DNA from: an uncultured Hyphomicrobiales bacterium
GTDB lineage: Bacteria > Bacteroidota > Ignavibacteria > Kapaibacteriales > UBA2268
Length of the DNA: 64,000 bases
Reading direction: 5' to 3'
Assembly (NCBI GenBank): GCA_964581505.1
Contig: CAZOOR010000006.1
Coordinates: 8,781 to 72,780 of the forward strand
Shown here one piece after another: positions 40,282 to 50,591 of this stretch. The notes beneath the pieces are model-generated. The model saw only the letters and a list, made by a program, of their open reading frames with translations. It was not told where the DNA came from and did no database searches. The position numbers were made by a program, and so were the translations under genes. How positions within the stretch are numbered: the stretch's first letter is position 1; every line of letters begins with the position of its first letter.

Positions 40282-41273
40282 TCTTTAAGAAAATTCTGAA
40301 TTTCTACAAGTTTCTGCGAAGTTCTATCATAATCAATTTCCATAGGTTTGATATTATCAAGCGAAGGAATAGATTTTGTTGTCTTCACTCCTTTATGTAG
40401 AGGCATTTGGGCGCAAGATTTCGCCAATTTTGCTTCGCTCTCTTTGCTAAGAAGATAATCAAGTAATTTTTTCCCATTTTCGCTATGTGGTGAATTCTTA
40501 ATCAAGCAAACAGTATTGGGCATAATTAAGGTGCCTATGCCGGCTTGGTCTAAAAATACATAATCAACATCAGTACTTTCCTTCATTGCTTCGAAAGCAT
40601 CGTCTGTATCCGTAAGCCCACAGGCAATTTCGCCAATCATAACGCGTTTTTTAACGTCGCCGTTACTTGAAGCAATTACCACTCCATTTTTTTTCAAGTC
40701 AGCAAGAAACGCTTTTGCCGCAGTATCGCCAAGTGCGGTAAATAGAGCCGCAATATGAAACGTAGTAGTTCCGAAAAGAGGATTGGCAATGGCGACATTA
40801 TTTGCGTATTTAGGCTTTGCCAAATCGAATATTGAATTTGGGACATCATCTTTTGACAACATTTTTTTATTATATATAAGCACCCTGGAGCGTGCAGAAA
40901 ATCCTGTCCATTGATTTCCTTTATCTTTATATAGTAGTGGAATATCGGCAGAGTTCGGTGAAACATATCTTTGTGTTATTCCTTTGTGTTTTAAGACATT
41001 TGTTCGGACGGGGTCGCCACTCCAAAAAACATCACAATGCGGATTATCCCTTTCTGCAATAAGTCTGTTTAATACACCTGTCGATTTTGTTTCTTCCGTG
41101 TCATAAATAACCTTAACATTTATACCTGTATTTTCCTCGAAGTCCTTCAAAATAGGTTCGGAAAATACTTGGTCAACACTTGTATAAACAACAACATTAT
41201 CCTGTTTGTCAGCACAAGAGAGCATAAATAACAGTAGGAATGCTGTACAAACAGCTAAATTTTTCTTCTTCAT
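40269..41273 (-). CDS. ABC transporter periplasmic substrate-binding lipoprotein (iron(III)/thiamine family)
   Basis: Lipobox MLSCADK; VVVYTSVDQVFSEPILKDFEE...DVFWSGDP pattern typical of FbpA/TbpA-family SBPs. Confidence 0.6.
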   Translation of the reverse strand: MKKKNLAVCTAFLLLFMLSCADKQDNVVVYTSVDQVFSEPILKDFEENTGINVKVIYDTEETKSTGVLNRLIAERDNPHCDVFWSGDPVRTNVLKHKGITQRYVSPNSADIPLLYKDKGNQWTGFSARSRVLIYNKKMLSKDDVPNSIFDLAKPKYANNVAIANPLFGTTTFHIAALFTALGDTAAKAFLADLKKNGVVIASSNGDVKKRVMIGEIACGLTDTDDAFEAMKESTDVDYVFLDQAGIGTLIMPNTVCLIKNSPHSENGKKLLDYLLSKESEAKLAKSCAQMPLHKGVKTTKSIPSLDNIKPMEIDYDRTSQKLVEIQNFLKEWAK

Positions 41274-41399
41274 ACAATTGCAATTTGTTTATTAAACATA
41301 TATTCTGCAAAGATAAGAAATATTAAGATATTTCAGTCCTTTTTCTTTATATTTTTTGTAACTATAATTAGGAGTCAATGTAGTAGAAATACATAAAAG

Positions 41400-41640
41400 G
41401 TAATGTTCTAATTCAAATCGCACCCTGAAGGCTCCGGTTAATTTATATCCCTATCCTAACCGTATTCTTTAGGTTACGGTGATGTACATCGCGATTGTTC
41501 TCATTCTCGCCCTTTGGGAGATGGCTGGGGTGTGGGTGCGGCTGTTTGCTTTTCTTTTCCCTCTTTGCTTTGATGAGGGGTGGATTGACGCGCAGCGTCA
41601 GAACGGGGTGGTGTGTCTTTAACTTTCTTTGATTTTGCTG
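41400..41640. repeat. GC-rich structured intergenic block containing dispersed-repeat copy C (possibly two degenerate cores) plus extra palindromes
   Basis: CTCGCCCTTTGGGAGATGGCTGGGGTGTGGGTGCGGCTGTT matches the core of copies A/B; GACGCGCAGCGTC palindrome; ACCGTA..TACGGT hairpin. Confidence 0.5.
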
Positions 41641-41772
41641 GAATGACAATAATAAATCGCGAAAAGAATTATTAATGAGATTTATATTTTTATCAAATAA
41701 GCATAAATATTTGGTCAAAAGCTAATCATTATTTATTTTGAAATGATATTCCTCTCAAATATTTGAGGTAAA

Positions 41773-42657
41773 ATGAAAAAGATTGCACTATTTGAAAATG
41801 CAGACAAGCCGGCGGCTATTAAATATGCCGAAAAAGCGGCTGAATTATTAGTCAAAATGGATGCCGAGGTTTATGCTCAGCAAAGACTGGTAGATAATGT
41901 TTCACCCGAAATTGCAGATAAAATTAAGGCTATTCCTCTTGATGAGTTCGAGCGCTATGCCGATGCGGTTATCTCATTCGGCGGGGACGGGACAATGCTT
42001 TCGGCGGCAAGAACATTGATTAATTCCAATATTCCGATTATCGGATTCAATGTCGGTAAACTCGGCTTTCTCGCAGAATATTCTATTGATAATATCGAAC
42101 AGGGGCTGAAGGATTTAATTGACGGCAACTATCGAGTTGTAGATAGATTTGTGATTGAAACCGAAATTGACGGTGAAAAACTCTATGCCCTTAATGACTT
42201 TGTCATTGAAAAAAGAAACTCTTCGCGTATGATTACGGTGAAGGCTTATGCTAATGACCATCATATTGCAGACTATCGAGCGGACGGTTTAATTATAACA
42301 ACACCGACCGGTTCGACCGCCTATTCGCTTTCTTGCAATGGTCCTGTTATTGCTCCGGCAACACAGGTATTATGCCTGACACCCGTCTCGCCACATTCAT
42401 TGAACTTGCGTCCGGTAGTTATTCCCGATACGAATGACGTCAAATGCAAAGTATTATCTAATACGGGTGAAGCGAATTTTGTGGTTGACGGACAAATTAT
42501 TAAAATACTTAAAGACAAAGCGGAGGTAAATATCAAACGCTCCGAAGCAATCATTAAATTAATAAAACCGCTGGAAAGTTCATACTATGACTTATTGCGA
42601 AAAAAATTCTTGTGGGCGGCAAATCCTATTGACAGCAATCGTTCCGAGGAGAAATAA
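41773..42657 (+). CDS. nadK: NAD(+) kinase
   Basis: GGDGTML and NDGLIITTPTGSTAYSLSCNGPV motifs. Confidence 0.85.
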   Translation: MKKIALFENADKPAAIKYAEKAAELLVKMDAEVYAQQRLVDNVSPEIADKIKAIPLDEFERYADAVISFGGDGTMLSAARTLINSNIPIIGFNVGKLGFLAEYSIDNIEQGLKDLIDGNYRVVDRFVIETEIDGEKLYALNDFVIEKRNSSRMITVKAYANDHHIADYRADGLIITTPTGSTAYSLSCNGPVIAPATQVLCLTPVSPHSLNLRPVVIPDTNDVKCKVLSNTGEANFVVDGQIIKILKDKAEVNIKRSEAIIKLIKPLESSYYDLLRKKFLWAANPIDSNRSEEK

Positions 42658-42659
42658 AT

Positions 42660-43448
42660 ATGGATTTTATCGGATATATTAGTTGGGATATTTCACCGGA
42701 AATTTTTCGGCTTGGTCCTGTTGCTGTTCGTTGGTACGGATTGCTCTTTGCACTTGGCTTTGTTCTCGGCTATAATATAATGACAAAATTTTTCATTAAA
42801 GAAAAACGACCGTTAAAAGACTTGGAAGCCCTAACAATTACGATGATTATAGGAACAATTATCGGAGCGAGACTGGGGCATTGTCTTTTCTATGACCCAA
42901 TGTACTATTTGTCAAATCCCATTAAAATTCTAAAAATATGGGAGGGTGGTCTGGCAAGTCATGGGGCGGCGATTGGTATTCTCATTGCCTTGTTATTTTA
43001 TATTAAAAAATATCCGAAATATACGATGCTATGGATACTTGACAGGGTGGTCATCGTAGTAGCACTGGCTGGTTTTCTTATTAGACTCGGTAATTTTTTC
43101 AATTCAGAAATTCTCGGGAGTGTGTCATCGTCCCCTTGGGCAGTTGTTTTTGCAAGAATAGACAGCTTGCCGCGACACCCTGCACAGCTCTATGAAGCAT
43201 TTGCTTACCTACTTATTTTTGTTTATTTATTTCGTTCCTACTTCAAGTTTGACGGAAAAATTCCTACCGGTCGTTTTTTTGGTATTTTCCTAATCCTTGT
43301 TTTTGGAGCAAGGTTTATAATTGAATTTTTCAAGGAAGTTCAATCGGCGTTCGAACATAGTTTGCCGCTTGATATGGGGCAGTTGCTCAGTATTCCTTTT
43401 GTCATTGCCGGAATATACTTTCTCATAAAATCCAATAAAAAGGAATAA
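42660..43448 (+). CDS. lgt: Phosphatidylglycerol--prolipoprotein diacylglyceryl transferase
   Basis: Lgt signature (YGLLFALGFVLGY, HGAAIG, multi-TM); 262 aa. Confidence 0.8.
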   Translation: MDFIGYISWDISPEIFRLGPVAVRWYGLLFALGFVLGYNIMTKFFIKEKRPLKDLEALTITMIIGTIIGARLGHCLFYDPMYYLSNPIKILKIWEGGLASHGAAIGILIALLFYIKKYPKYTMLWILDRVVIVVALAGFLIRLGNFFNSEILGSVSSSPWAVVFARIDSLPRHPAQLYEAFAYLLIFVYLFRSYFKFDGKIPTGRFFGIFLILVFGARFIIEFFKEVQSAFEHSLPLDMGQLLSIPFVIAGIYFLIKSNKKE

Positions 43449-43510
43449 TGGAAAACGATAGAAAATATTCAAAAGGCTGTCCCTATACAAATGAGACAGT
43501 CTTTTTTTTA

Positions 43511-43690
43511 CTAATATTTATTCAGCATATATCCTGAACTATGATACATTTATGGTATTATATAGGATATATCCTTAATATGTTATTAAATTTCTTTTAT
43601 TATCCACAAAAAAATATTAATTTAGCATATATCCTGAACTATTATACGTATATAGTATTGTTTAGGATATACCCTTAACGTTTATTAATG
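43511..43690 (+). repeat. Two about 65-nt direct repeats (each with internal 9-bp inverted repeat ATATATCCT...AGGATATAT) upstream of the DUF4143 ATPase gene
   Basis: TTAGCATATATCCTGAACTAT(G/T)ATAC...TAGGATATA(T/C)CCTTAA appears at about 43520 and about 43621. Confidence 0.55.
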
Positions 43691-43700
43691 AGAGTTTATT

Positions 43701-44915
43701 ATGATAGTTAAACGACAAATATATTATGATAGAATAAAAACCTTTATTGACAAACCGATAATTAAGATAATTACCGGTATGCGAAGAGTTGGCAAAAGTT
43801 ATTTCTTAAAACAAATAATTTCCGAGTTAATAAGCTCGGAAATAGATAAGTCGCAAATAATATTCATAGATAAAGAAGACATAAGATTTGATTCCATTCA
43901 GAATTATAAGCAGTTGAATGAATATATTGAGTCAAATTATTCTTCAATAAATGGAAAAAAGTATTTATTCATTGATGAAGTTCAAGAGATAGAACAATGG
44001 GAAAAATTAATAGTTTCGTTAAATAAAAGTGAGAAATATGATATATATCTCAGTGGTAGTAATGCTCAATTATTATCATCAGAGCTTGCTACTTTGATTG
44101 CAGGTCGATATATTGAAATCAATATTTATCCACTTTCTTTTTCAGAATTTATAGAATTTCAAGGAGAAAATTTTGTTTCTTATCAAAATTCATTTGAATT
44201 ATACATCAGATATGGCGGACTACCAGGAATATTTCATTTAGAACAGACAGACGAGACCGTTTTCCAATATCTTAACGGTATATACAGTAGTATTTTGGTG
44301 AAAGATATTATTGCAAGATATAGGATTAGGAATGTTTCGCTATTAGAAAAAATCCTTAATTTTATTCTTGATAATATTGGTAATCTATTAACGGCAAATA
44401 ATATTGCTAAATATTTGAAGTCGCAAAAGAATGTCATTTATTCCGATACTATTCAGAATTATTTAAATTATTTTCTAAAAACTTATATCGTACATAAGGT
44501 TCAGAGATATGATATAAAAGGTAAAAAACTTTTAGAAATCAATGAAAAATACTATGTCAATGACCTGGGATTGCGTCATAGTATTTTGCAGTTTCGCAAT
44601 GACGATATTGCTCAAATATTAGAAAACATTGTCTATATGGAATTATTGGTTCGAGGTTATAAAGTAAATGTTGGCAATCATGCAGGCAAAGAAATTGATT
44701 TTATTGCTACAAAACAAAATGAAAAAATTTACATTCAAGTATCATATTTATTAGCCTCCGAAAAAACTATAGAGCGAGAATTTACGCCATTATTAAAAAT
44801 TGAAGATAATTATCCAAAATTTGTTTTAAGTATGGATACAAATATTATAGCTAATGATAATAAAGGAATAAAACGAATAAATATTATAGATTTCTTGATA
44901 GATTCTGTTAGATAG
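43701..44915 (+). CDS. AAA-family ATPase, DUF4143-type (ATP-binding protein)
   Basis: P-loop IITGMRRVGKSY, Walker B LFIDEVQ, C-terminal DUF4143-like region. Confidence 0.6.
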   Translation: MIVKRQIYYDRIKTFIDKPIIKIITGMRRVGKSYFLKQIISELISSEIDKSQIIFIDKEDIRFDSIQNYKQLNEYIESNYSSINGKKYLFIDEVQEIEQWEKLIVSLNKSEKYDIYLSGSNAQLLSSELATLIAGRYIEINIYPLSFSEFIEFQGENFVSYQNSFELYIRYGGLPGIFHLEQTDETVFQYLNGIYSSILVKDIIARYRIRNVSLLEKILNFILDNIGNLLTANNIAKYLKSQKNVIYSDTIQNYLNYFLKTYIVHKVQRYDIKGKKLLEINEKYYVNDLGLRHSILQFRNDDIAQILENIVYMELLVRGYKVNVGNHAGKEIDFIATKQNEKIYIQVSYLLASEKTIEREFTPLLKIEDNYPKFVLSMDTNIIANDNKGIKRINIIDFLIDSVR

Positions 44916-45017
44916 ATAATACTTTTGCGATACTGTCTGTCTTTAAGTTTCTATCTTCGGAGGGGATACAGGTTTTTCCTCGTGTTGAAATACAGGGCTA
45001 TTGATTTGATATAAAAA

Positions 45018-45046
45018 AACCGCACCCAGATGGATGCGGTTTTTTT
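45018..45046. terminator. Bidirectional hairpin terminator between the convergent DUF4143 ATPase and glyA genes
   Basis: A7-ACCGCACC-CAGATGG-ATGCGGT-T7; the stem is related to the AACCGCA/TGCGGTT hairpins of the dispersed repeats. Confidence 0.55.
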
Positions 45047-45071
45047 ATTATTTTCTTATTCCGATGAAGGT

Positions 45072-46364
45072 TTAATAGGCAAAAAGCTTGAATTGCGAAG
45101 TAAATTCTTTTACTTGTGCTTTTACTTCGTTTAGAACATCTTCATTTTCATAATTCGTAATTACTTTGTCAATCAAATCAACGATGAAACGCATATCATC
45201 TTCCTTCATACCGCGAGTAGTAACAGCAGGTGTGCCGAGACGAATACCCGAAGTAACAAGCGGCGATTGAGTTTCATTAGGAACGGTGTTTTTGTTGCAG
45301 GTGATGCCTGCTTTATCAAGAGCATTTTCTGCCTGCTTTCCTGTTAGATTCTTATTACGCAAATCAACAAGCATAAGGTGGTTGTCCGTACCGCGGCTGA
45401 CCAAATTGTAATCTTTATCATTCAGAGCTTGTGCCATTGCCTTTGCATTTTTCATTACTTGAATGATATAGTCATTAAATTCATCGGTAAGAGCTTCGCC
45501 GAATGCAACACCTTTTGCCGCTATAACGTGCATAAGAGGACCGCCCTGTATCCCTGGCATAACCCAAGAATCAATCAGTTCGCCCATACGCTTGACACGA
45601 CCGGATTTCGGAGCAACAACACCAAATGGATTTTCAAAATCATTTCCCATCATAATAATACCGCCGCGTGGTCCTCGTAATGTCTTGTGTGTTGTGCTTG
45701 CGACAACATGAACATGGGGCAGAGGATTAGTCAGATGTCCCTTGGCGATTAACCCTGCCGGGTGTGCTATATCGGCAAAGACAAATGCACCCACCTTGTC
45801 TGCAATTTCGCGAAAAGCTTTAAAATCAATATCACGCGGATAGGCGGAAGCACCTACCGTTATCATTTTTGGTTTGTTTTTCAAAGCAAGTGTTTCGACC
45901 ATATCATAATCAATTGTTCCGGTTTCGGAATTAAGTTCGTAGGGAACAAAATTGAAAAACTTTCCGGAAAAATTAACGTGCGAGCCGTGCGTAAGATGTC
46001 CGCCGTGGGCTAGATTTAGTCCCATTACAGTATCGCCGTATTTCAGAAATGAGAAATAAACAGCCATATTAGCACTGCTGCCGCTGTGCGGTTGTACGTT
46101 TACATACTCTGCACCGAATAATTTTTTCAATCTGTCGCGGGCTATATCTTCGGCAACGTCCACCCATTCACAACCGCCATAGTAGCGGCGTCCCGGATAG
46201 CCTTCCGCATATTTATTTGTAAGGACGGAGCCTTGTGTTTGCATTACTGCATCGGACACAAAATTTTCACTTGCAATCAGTTCGATTTTTTCCGTTTGGC
46301 GTTTGGATTCATTAGTAATTGCGTCGAACATTTCCGCATCTTTGTTTTTCAAAATATCATACAT
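45072..46364 (-). CDS. glyA: Serine hydroxymethyltransferase
   Basis: Full-length SHMT with PLP-Lys region ([17 protein letters not shown]). Confidence 0.9.
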   Translation of the reverse strand: MYDILKNKDAEMFDAITNESKRQTEKIELIASENFVSDAVMQTQGSVLTNKYAEGYPGRRYYGGCEWVDVAEDIARDRLKKLFGAEYVNVQPHSGSSANMAVYFSFLKYGDTVMGLNLAHGGHLTHGSHVNFSGKFFNFVPYELNSETGTIDYDMVETLALKNKPKMITVGASAYPRDIDFKAFREIADKVGAFVFADIAHPAGLIAKGHLTNPLPHVHVVASTTHKTLRGPRGGIIMMGNDFENPFGVVAPKSGRVKRMGELIDSWVMPGIQGGPLMHVIAAKGVAFGEALTDEFNDYIIQVMKNAKAMAQALNDKDYNLVSRGTDNHLMLVDLRNKNLTGKQAENALDKAGITCNKNTVPNETQSPLVTSGIRLGTPAVTTRGMKEDDMRFIVDLIDKVITNYENEDVLNEVKAQVKEFTSQFKLFAY

Positions 46365-46458
46365 AGTCTTTCCTCAAAAAGTTCATTTTCATTAACTAAA
46401 ATTTAACTTATAAAAATAAGCAAACTTACGCAGTTAGTCAAATATTCGTTTGCTGTTT

Positions 46459-47580
46459 TTATTTAAATATGTGTGCGTAGAGCTGATGTCCGTTGCGGGC
46501 AAAAGCATCGAAATAACCCGTAAACCATTGATTGAGCGATATTCCCGCCGCTTCGGATAGTTTAATATCCTCGTAGTTTTCTATACCACCGGTTCTAATT
46601 ATATTGAACTCTTGTGTCGGGTTGATATTTGTAAGCGATTTCACGGCAATCGAAGCAAGTGCAAACGAACGTGTTTTCAACACTCTACCACTCAATCCGC
46701 CGCCAATATTTCCGGTAAAATAATTATATAAATCGCTTTCGCTTTTATCTATGTTTTTTTGTAGAACCGAGTAATCGGTTGATGTATTACCGAAATTCAC
46801 TCCATCAAAACCGAGTGTTGTAAGAATATCAATAATTGCAGGCACAAGTTCCGGTGCAGTATCATTTGAAAACTTAACAATGATGGGAAGGAATTTATCG
46901 CGTGTTTGTATATAATGTTGCGTGATATATTCCAGACGTTCGACAAGTGATTTGTCCAGACCGTTTATTGTTTCAGCGGAATGCTCGTGTTCGACATTCG
47001 GGCAACTTTCGTTGAGTTCAATAAAATCAACATCTGCTCGGGCATAAAGTTTGAAACCGTCAATAATTCCGTTAAGTGCTTCAATGTCTTCCTGCTCTGG
47101 GTCGGAACCAACACTTGCACCAATGGGACAGCCCTCGATTTTGTCAATACGGCTTAATCGTTTGGCAACGATTTCGTGTCCTTCGTTGGGTAGTCCCATC
47201 CAATTGATAGCCATTGCCGAACGAGGGAATGCCGCCGCAGGGTGTTTTATACCTGAAAAAATATTTCCTTTTCGTTCAAGTTTTGTTGTTGTTCCCGCAA
47301 GATAAGCGCCGGCGCCTTGTTTCGCAACAGTATAATATCCCTCGCCGCGTTTGAACATACCGGCAGCATTAAATAGGGGAGAATTAAATTTAATACTCCA
47401 TAATACTTTTGTTTCTTTGTTTGGAATAATAATCCGCTCATTTGGTCTGTCATTTGCAAGCATAGAAATAAATAATTTTCTACCTGTTGAAAATAGTGCG
47501 GTTGCAGATTTTGGCGGCAATTTGATAATAAACGGGCGGAGCCTGTGTTCAATATTTGCGAGTAGTTCGACTATTGTCAA
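46459..47580 (-). CDS. pyrD: Dihydroorotate dehydrogenase (quinone), class 2-like
   Basis: FNSPLFNAAGMFKRGEGY..., C-terminal GLSGR...RTGGIENYEDIKLSEAAG pattern parallels PyrD type 2; N-terminal membrane-association extension. Confidence 0.55.
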   Translation of the reverse strand: MTIVELLANIEHRLRPFIIKLPPKSATALFSTGRKLFISMLANDRPNERIIIPNKETKVLWSIKFNSPLFNAAGMFKRGEGYYTVAKQGAGAYLAGTTTKLERKGNIFSGIKHPAAAFPRSAMAINWMGLPNEGHEIVAKRLSRIDKIEGCPIGASVGSDPEQEDIEALNGIIDGFKLYARADVDFIELNESCPNVEHEHSAETINGLDKSLVERLEYITQHYIQTRDKFLPIIVKFSNDTAPELVPAIIDILTTLGFDGVNFGNTSTDYSVLQKNIDKSESDLYNYFTGNIGGGLSGRVLKTRSFALASIAVKSLTNINPTQEFNIIRTGGIENYEDIKLSEAAGISLNQWFTGYFDAFARNGHQLYAHIFK

Positions 47581-47590
47581 GTTCTAATCC

Positions 47591-49225
47591 TCATAATTCT
47601 TTTCTTAATCTTGCTACAGGAATTTTCAATTGCTCCCGATATTTTGCAACTGTACGCCGAGCAACTTTATAACCGCTTTTTTTCAATTCACCGACTAATT
47701 TTTGGTCGGAATATGGTTTGTCTTTAGGTTCGGCATCAATAATATCTTTCAACACTTGTTTAATCACGGAAGTAGCAACTTCTTCGCCATCTTCGTTCGG
47801 TAGGGCTTCGGAGAAAAATGATTTTAACTCGAATGTGCCAAATTCCGTCTGTGCATATTTTCCGTTTACAATGCGGCAGACAGTAGAAATATCAAGACCG
47901 GTTGCTTCCGAAACATCTTTGTAAATAAGCGGCTTCAAACCCGAAGGACCTAAATCGAAAAAGTCCCGTTGCAAAGCGGTAATTGCCGTCATTACTTTAA
48001 GCATAGTATTCTTTCTTTGCTTGATTGCCTGAATTAGGAATTTAGCATCTTCATATTTATTCCTAATCCATTCTTTTGTTTCCTTGTTGAACAGCTTAAA
48101 TTTTGCTTCTTTTTTAATTTTTTTATACGCTTCCGAAAGCCTGATAACAGGCAAACTACTATCATTTACAGTTATCAATAGTTCGTTTGTACCGGATTCT
48201 TTTTCGATAATGAAATCAGGAATAACAGTTTGAGACACATTGTCGGAAATAGCATTACCCGGCTTAGGGTTTAGATGACGAATTAAATCAAAAATACGCC
48301 GTACATCATCATCGCCAATATCTAAGCGTTTTTTTATTATATGGAAATGTTTTTTTGTAAATGCATCATAAGTATCTTCGAGAACGGCAAGGGCTAAATC
48401 TCTGCCTTCACGTTCGGGCGAAAGCGCCTTGCACTGGGCAATAAGGCATTCCTGCAATGTACGAGATGCTATTCCGGGCGGTTCGAGATTTTGAATTAGA
48501 GATAATATTTTTTCAGCCTGCTCAATGCTAACTTCTTTAAGATTGTCATTATCATCATCTATTTTTTCAACTTCCGCTATGCCGCCATTATGTCTGTTCA
48601 ATATTTTTAGCGCTTCTTCCGAAACTTGATAATTCCTTGCGGGGTTGAAGTTTTTAGAACGCGCTTCTCGTTCAATTTTTTCAGCCTTTGTTCTTTTATT
48701 AAGATTTAACTCTGCTATTAATACATTTGTTTCTTCTACAATTTCCGGCAAATCACGGCGGAGATAGCCGTCTTCGCTCACATTGCCGACAATCTGTTCG
48801 CCGAGTATATACTCCTCATCTGTAAGTGGCAAAAAGCGAAGTTGTTGAATTAAATCATCATAAAATGTTACGCTGTCTTTAATTTGATATGGGGCGCCGG
48901 AATCCTCATCACCATAAGCGGAATAATCTTTTGCTTTCGGTGTATCTTCCTGAGCAATCATTTTATAGAATTCAAACGGCTCCGGTTCATCGTCAATAAA
49001 TTTATCCGGCTTGTTCGATGAATCTTCATCAGGAATTAATAAGTCTTCGTTCGCCGGCTGGGCGGTATTATCATCAATTTCTTCGAGCATAGGATTTTGT
49101 TCAAGCTCTTGTATGACATACTGCTCAAGCTGTATCTGCGGCAGTTGTAACAGTTTTAAATACTGTATCTGCTGTGGTGTCAGCGTTTGCGACAAGCCTG
49201 TTTTTATGTCAAGAGATAATTTCAT
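47591..49225 (-). CDS. rpoN: RNA polymerase sigma-54 factor
   Basis: Gln-rich N-terminus, acidic linker, C-terminal RpoN box ARRTVAKYREQLKIPVARLRK. Confidence 0.85.
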   Translation of the reverse strand: MKLSLDIKTGLSQTLTPQQIQYLKLLQLPQIQLEQYVIQELEQNPMLEEIDDNTAQPANEDLLIPDEDSSNKPDKFIDDEPEPFEFYKMIAQEDTPKAKDYSAYGDEDSGAPYQIKDSVTFYDDLIQQLRFLPLTDEEYILGEQIVGNVSEDGYLRRDLPEIVEETNVLIAELNLNKRTKAEKIEREARSKNFNPARNYQVSEEALKILNRHNGGIAEVEKIDDDNDNLKEVSIEQAEKILSLIQNLEPPGIASRTLQECLIAQCKALSPEREGRDLALAVLEDTYDAFTKKHFHIIKKRLDIGDDDVRRIFDLIRHLNPKPGNAISDNVSQTVIPDFIIEKESGTNELLITVNDSSLPVIRLSEAYKKIKKEAKFKLFNKETKEWIRNKYEDAKFLIQAIKQRKNTMLKVMTAITALQRDFFDLGPSGLKPLIYKDVSEATGLDISTVCRIVNGKYAQTEFGTFELKSFFSEALPNEDGEEVATSVIKQVLKDIIDAEPKDKPYSDQKLVGELKKSGYKVARRTVAKYREQLKIPVARLRKEL

Positions 49226-49228
49226 ACT

Positions 49229-49792
49229 CTAATCTTTTTGATTTTTTGAATATTCATTCAACAAATTGTACCATTTGGTTCCGTAAGCCCTGATTAATGC
49301 GTCTTTCACATTTTCAAAAATATATGTATTTTTTGCCTCTCCGTGTATCAATGCCGTTTTACACTCGGTGAACTCATCGTAATATAAGTAATCTCCACCA
49401 AAATCCGAAATCCTAATTGGAAATAAATGACAGGAGAGCGGTTTTCTAAATTTAATTTTTCCGTCAAAATACGCTCTTTCGAGTGCGCACTTTGCAATAT
49501 CACTATCATAATAAACAAAAACACAATCCTTTTTGTCAATGCACGCCGTAGAAAAATCCCCTTTGCTCCCTTCTATAAATCCTTTTTCCTTGATAATTGC
49601 AATTGATTTTTGCGGTAAATATTCAAAAGCCACACTCAGACAATCCTCGATAATTGCTACTTCTTCGTCAAGAACGGGGGCGCCATATTCACCGGGGAAA
49701 GTACAGCAAGCACCTTTGCATTCGGACAATTCACAACTGAATTTCGTTGTAAATATTTCGTCACTTACAAGTATATTATCTATTAAAATCAT
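49229..49792 (-). CDS. Cys-rich hypothetical protein (YkgJ/DUF3109-like putative metal-chelating domain)
   Basis: CELSECKGACC cysteine cluster near the N-terminus; additional conserved Cys residues. Confidence 0.3.
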   Translation of the reverse strand: MILIDNILVSDEIFTTKFSCELSECKGACCTFPGEYGAPVLDEEVAIIEDCLSVAFEYLPQKSIAIIKEKGFIEGSKGDFSTACIDKKDCVFVYYDSDIAKCALERAYFDGKIKFRKPLSCHLFPIRISDFGGDYLYYDEFTECKTALIHGEAKNTYIFENVKDALIRAYGTKWYNLLNEYSKNQKD

Positions 49793-49922
49793 TTTTAGTT
49801 ACACTGCAATAAATGTGTAATGCTAAAATAAACATTTATCGTTTTAAAAAGAAATAGTAAAAATACTATTTACAATTTATCGTTTGTAGCAATGCATTGA
49901 ATTTTGATAAGAGGTTTGATAA

Positions 49923-50306
49923 ATGGGACAAATTTTTAATAGAATAAAAAATATTGTGAAATCCAAACAAGTAGATGAACTTGTTTTTGATGATTTTTCC
50001 AATACTAATTTAATAGATGATGACGATGAATTGAAAAGGGCTATTGACGAGGCGGCAAGTAATATAAATGATAGTACTGAGAATGTGGGGCATACGGCTC
50101 TAAATATTAATAGTGCATTAAAAATTCTCGGGCTTGGAAACAGCACCGGAATTACGGAAATCAAAACCGCTTACAAAATTAAAATAAAAGAATACCACCC
50201 GGATAAGGTAGATACTCTCGGTGAAGAGATTAAATCGCTTGCAAAAAAGCGAACTCAGGAAATAAACAAAGCCTATGAATTATTACTTAGAGAGTTTGGC
50301 GATTAA
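49923..50306 (+). CDS. J-domain (DnaJ-like) protein
   Basis: C-terminal J domain with HPD motif (KILGLGNSTGITEIKTAYKIKIKEYHPDKV...EINKAYELL). Confidence 0.5.
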   Translation: MGQIFNRIKNIVKSKQVDELVFDDFSNTNLIDDDDELKRAIDEAASNINDSTENVGHTALNINSALKILGLGNSTGITEIKTAYKIKIKEYHPDKVDTLGEEIKSLAKKRTQEINKAYELLLREFGD

Positions 50307-50575
50307 ACCGTTTCTTCTTCGGGTTCACTCTGTCCTTTGTTAATATCATCAATTATTTTGCGTGCATCTTCATAGTATTCATCGGGTACGAAAATTTTCA
50401 CGAGAGCAAAATCCCCGACAGTGAGCATTCTTGACGAATCAAATTGGGAAAGAATTTGGACAGGAATATCAGCACCTTCGAGATTGGCTCTATAATGCTC
50501 TGCATCAATATCCATATTTGTTGTATATACTAATTTCCAGTTTTCAAATTTACCTTTTTTAGGAAAGAAACCCAT
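50303..50575 (-). CDS. Small hypothetical protein (DUF2007-like)
   Basis: 90 aa, beta-alpha-beta-like pattern; weak. Confidence 0.2.
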   Translation of the reverse strand: MGFFPKKGKFENWKLVYTTNMDIDAEHYRANLEGADIPVQILSQFDSSRMLTVGDFALVKIFVPDEYYEDARKIIDDINKGQSEPEEETV

Positions 50576-50591
50576 TATTCACCTAATTAAT

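Noticed and set aside
41443-41718. 91-aa minus-strand ORF in the ABC/nadK intergenic region
   Set aside because: It lies entirely within the GC-rich repeat/hairpin block and is low-complexity (Pro/His/Lys-rich). Almost certainly a translation artefact of the repeat.
41274-41770. TPP (THI-box) riboswitch upstream of the thiamine/iron-type ABC importer operon
   Set aside because: The THI-box core (CUGAGA and its partner helices) is not present on the relevant strand (no TCTCAG on the plus strand in this interval). The SBP could equally be iron(III)-type.
43701-44915. DUF4143 AAA ATPase as the core of a defence system
   Set aside because: Single gene with no recognisable partner effector (the next gene is convergent glyA). 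DUF4143 ATPases are widespread standalone genes. Only the unusual upstream repeats are reported.
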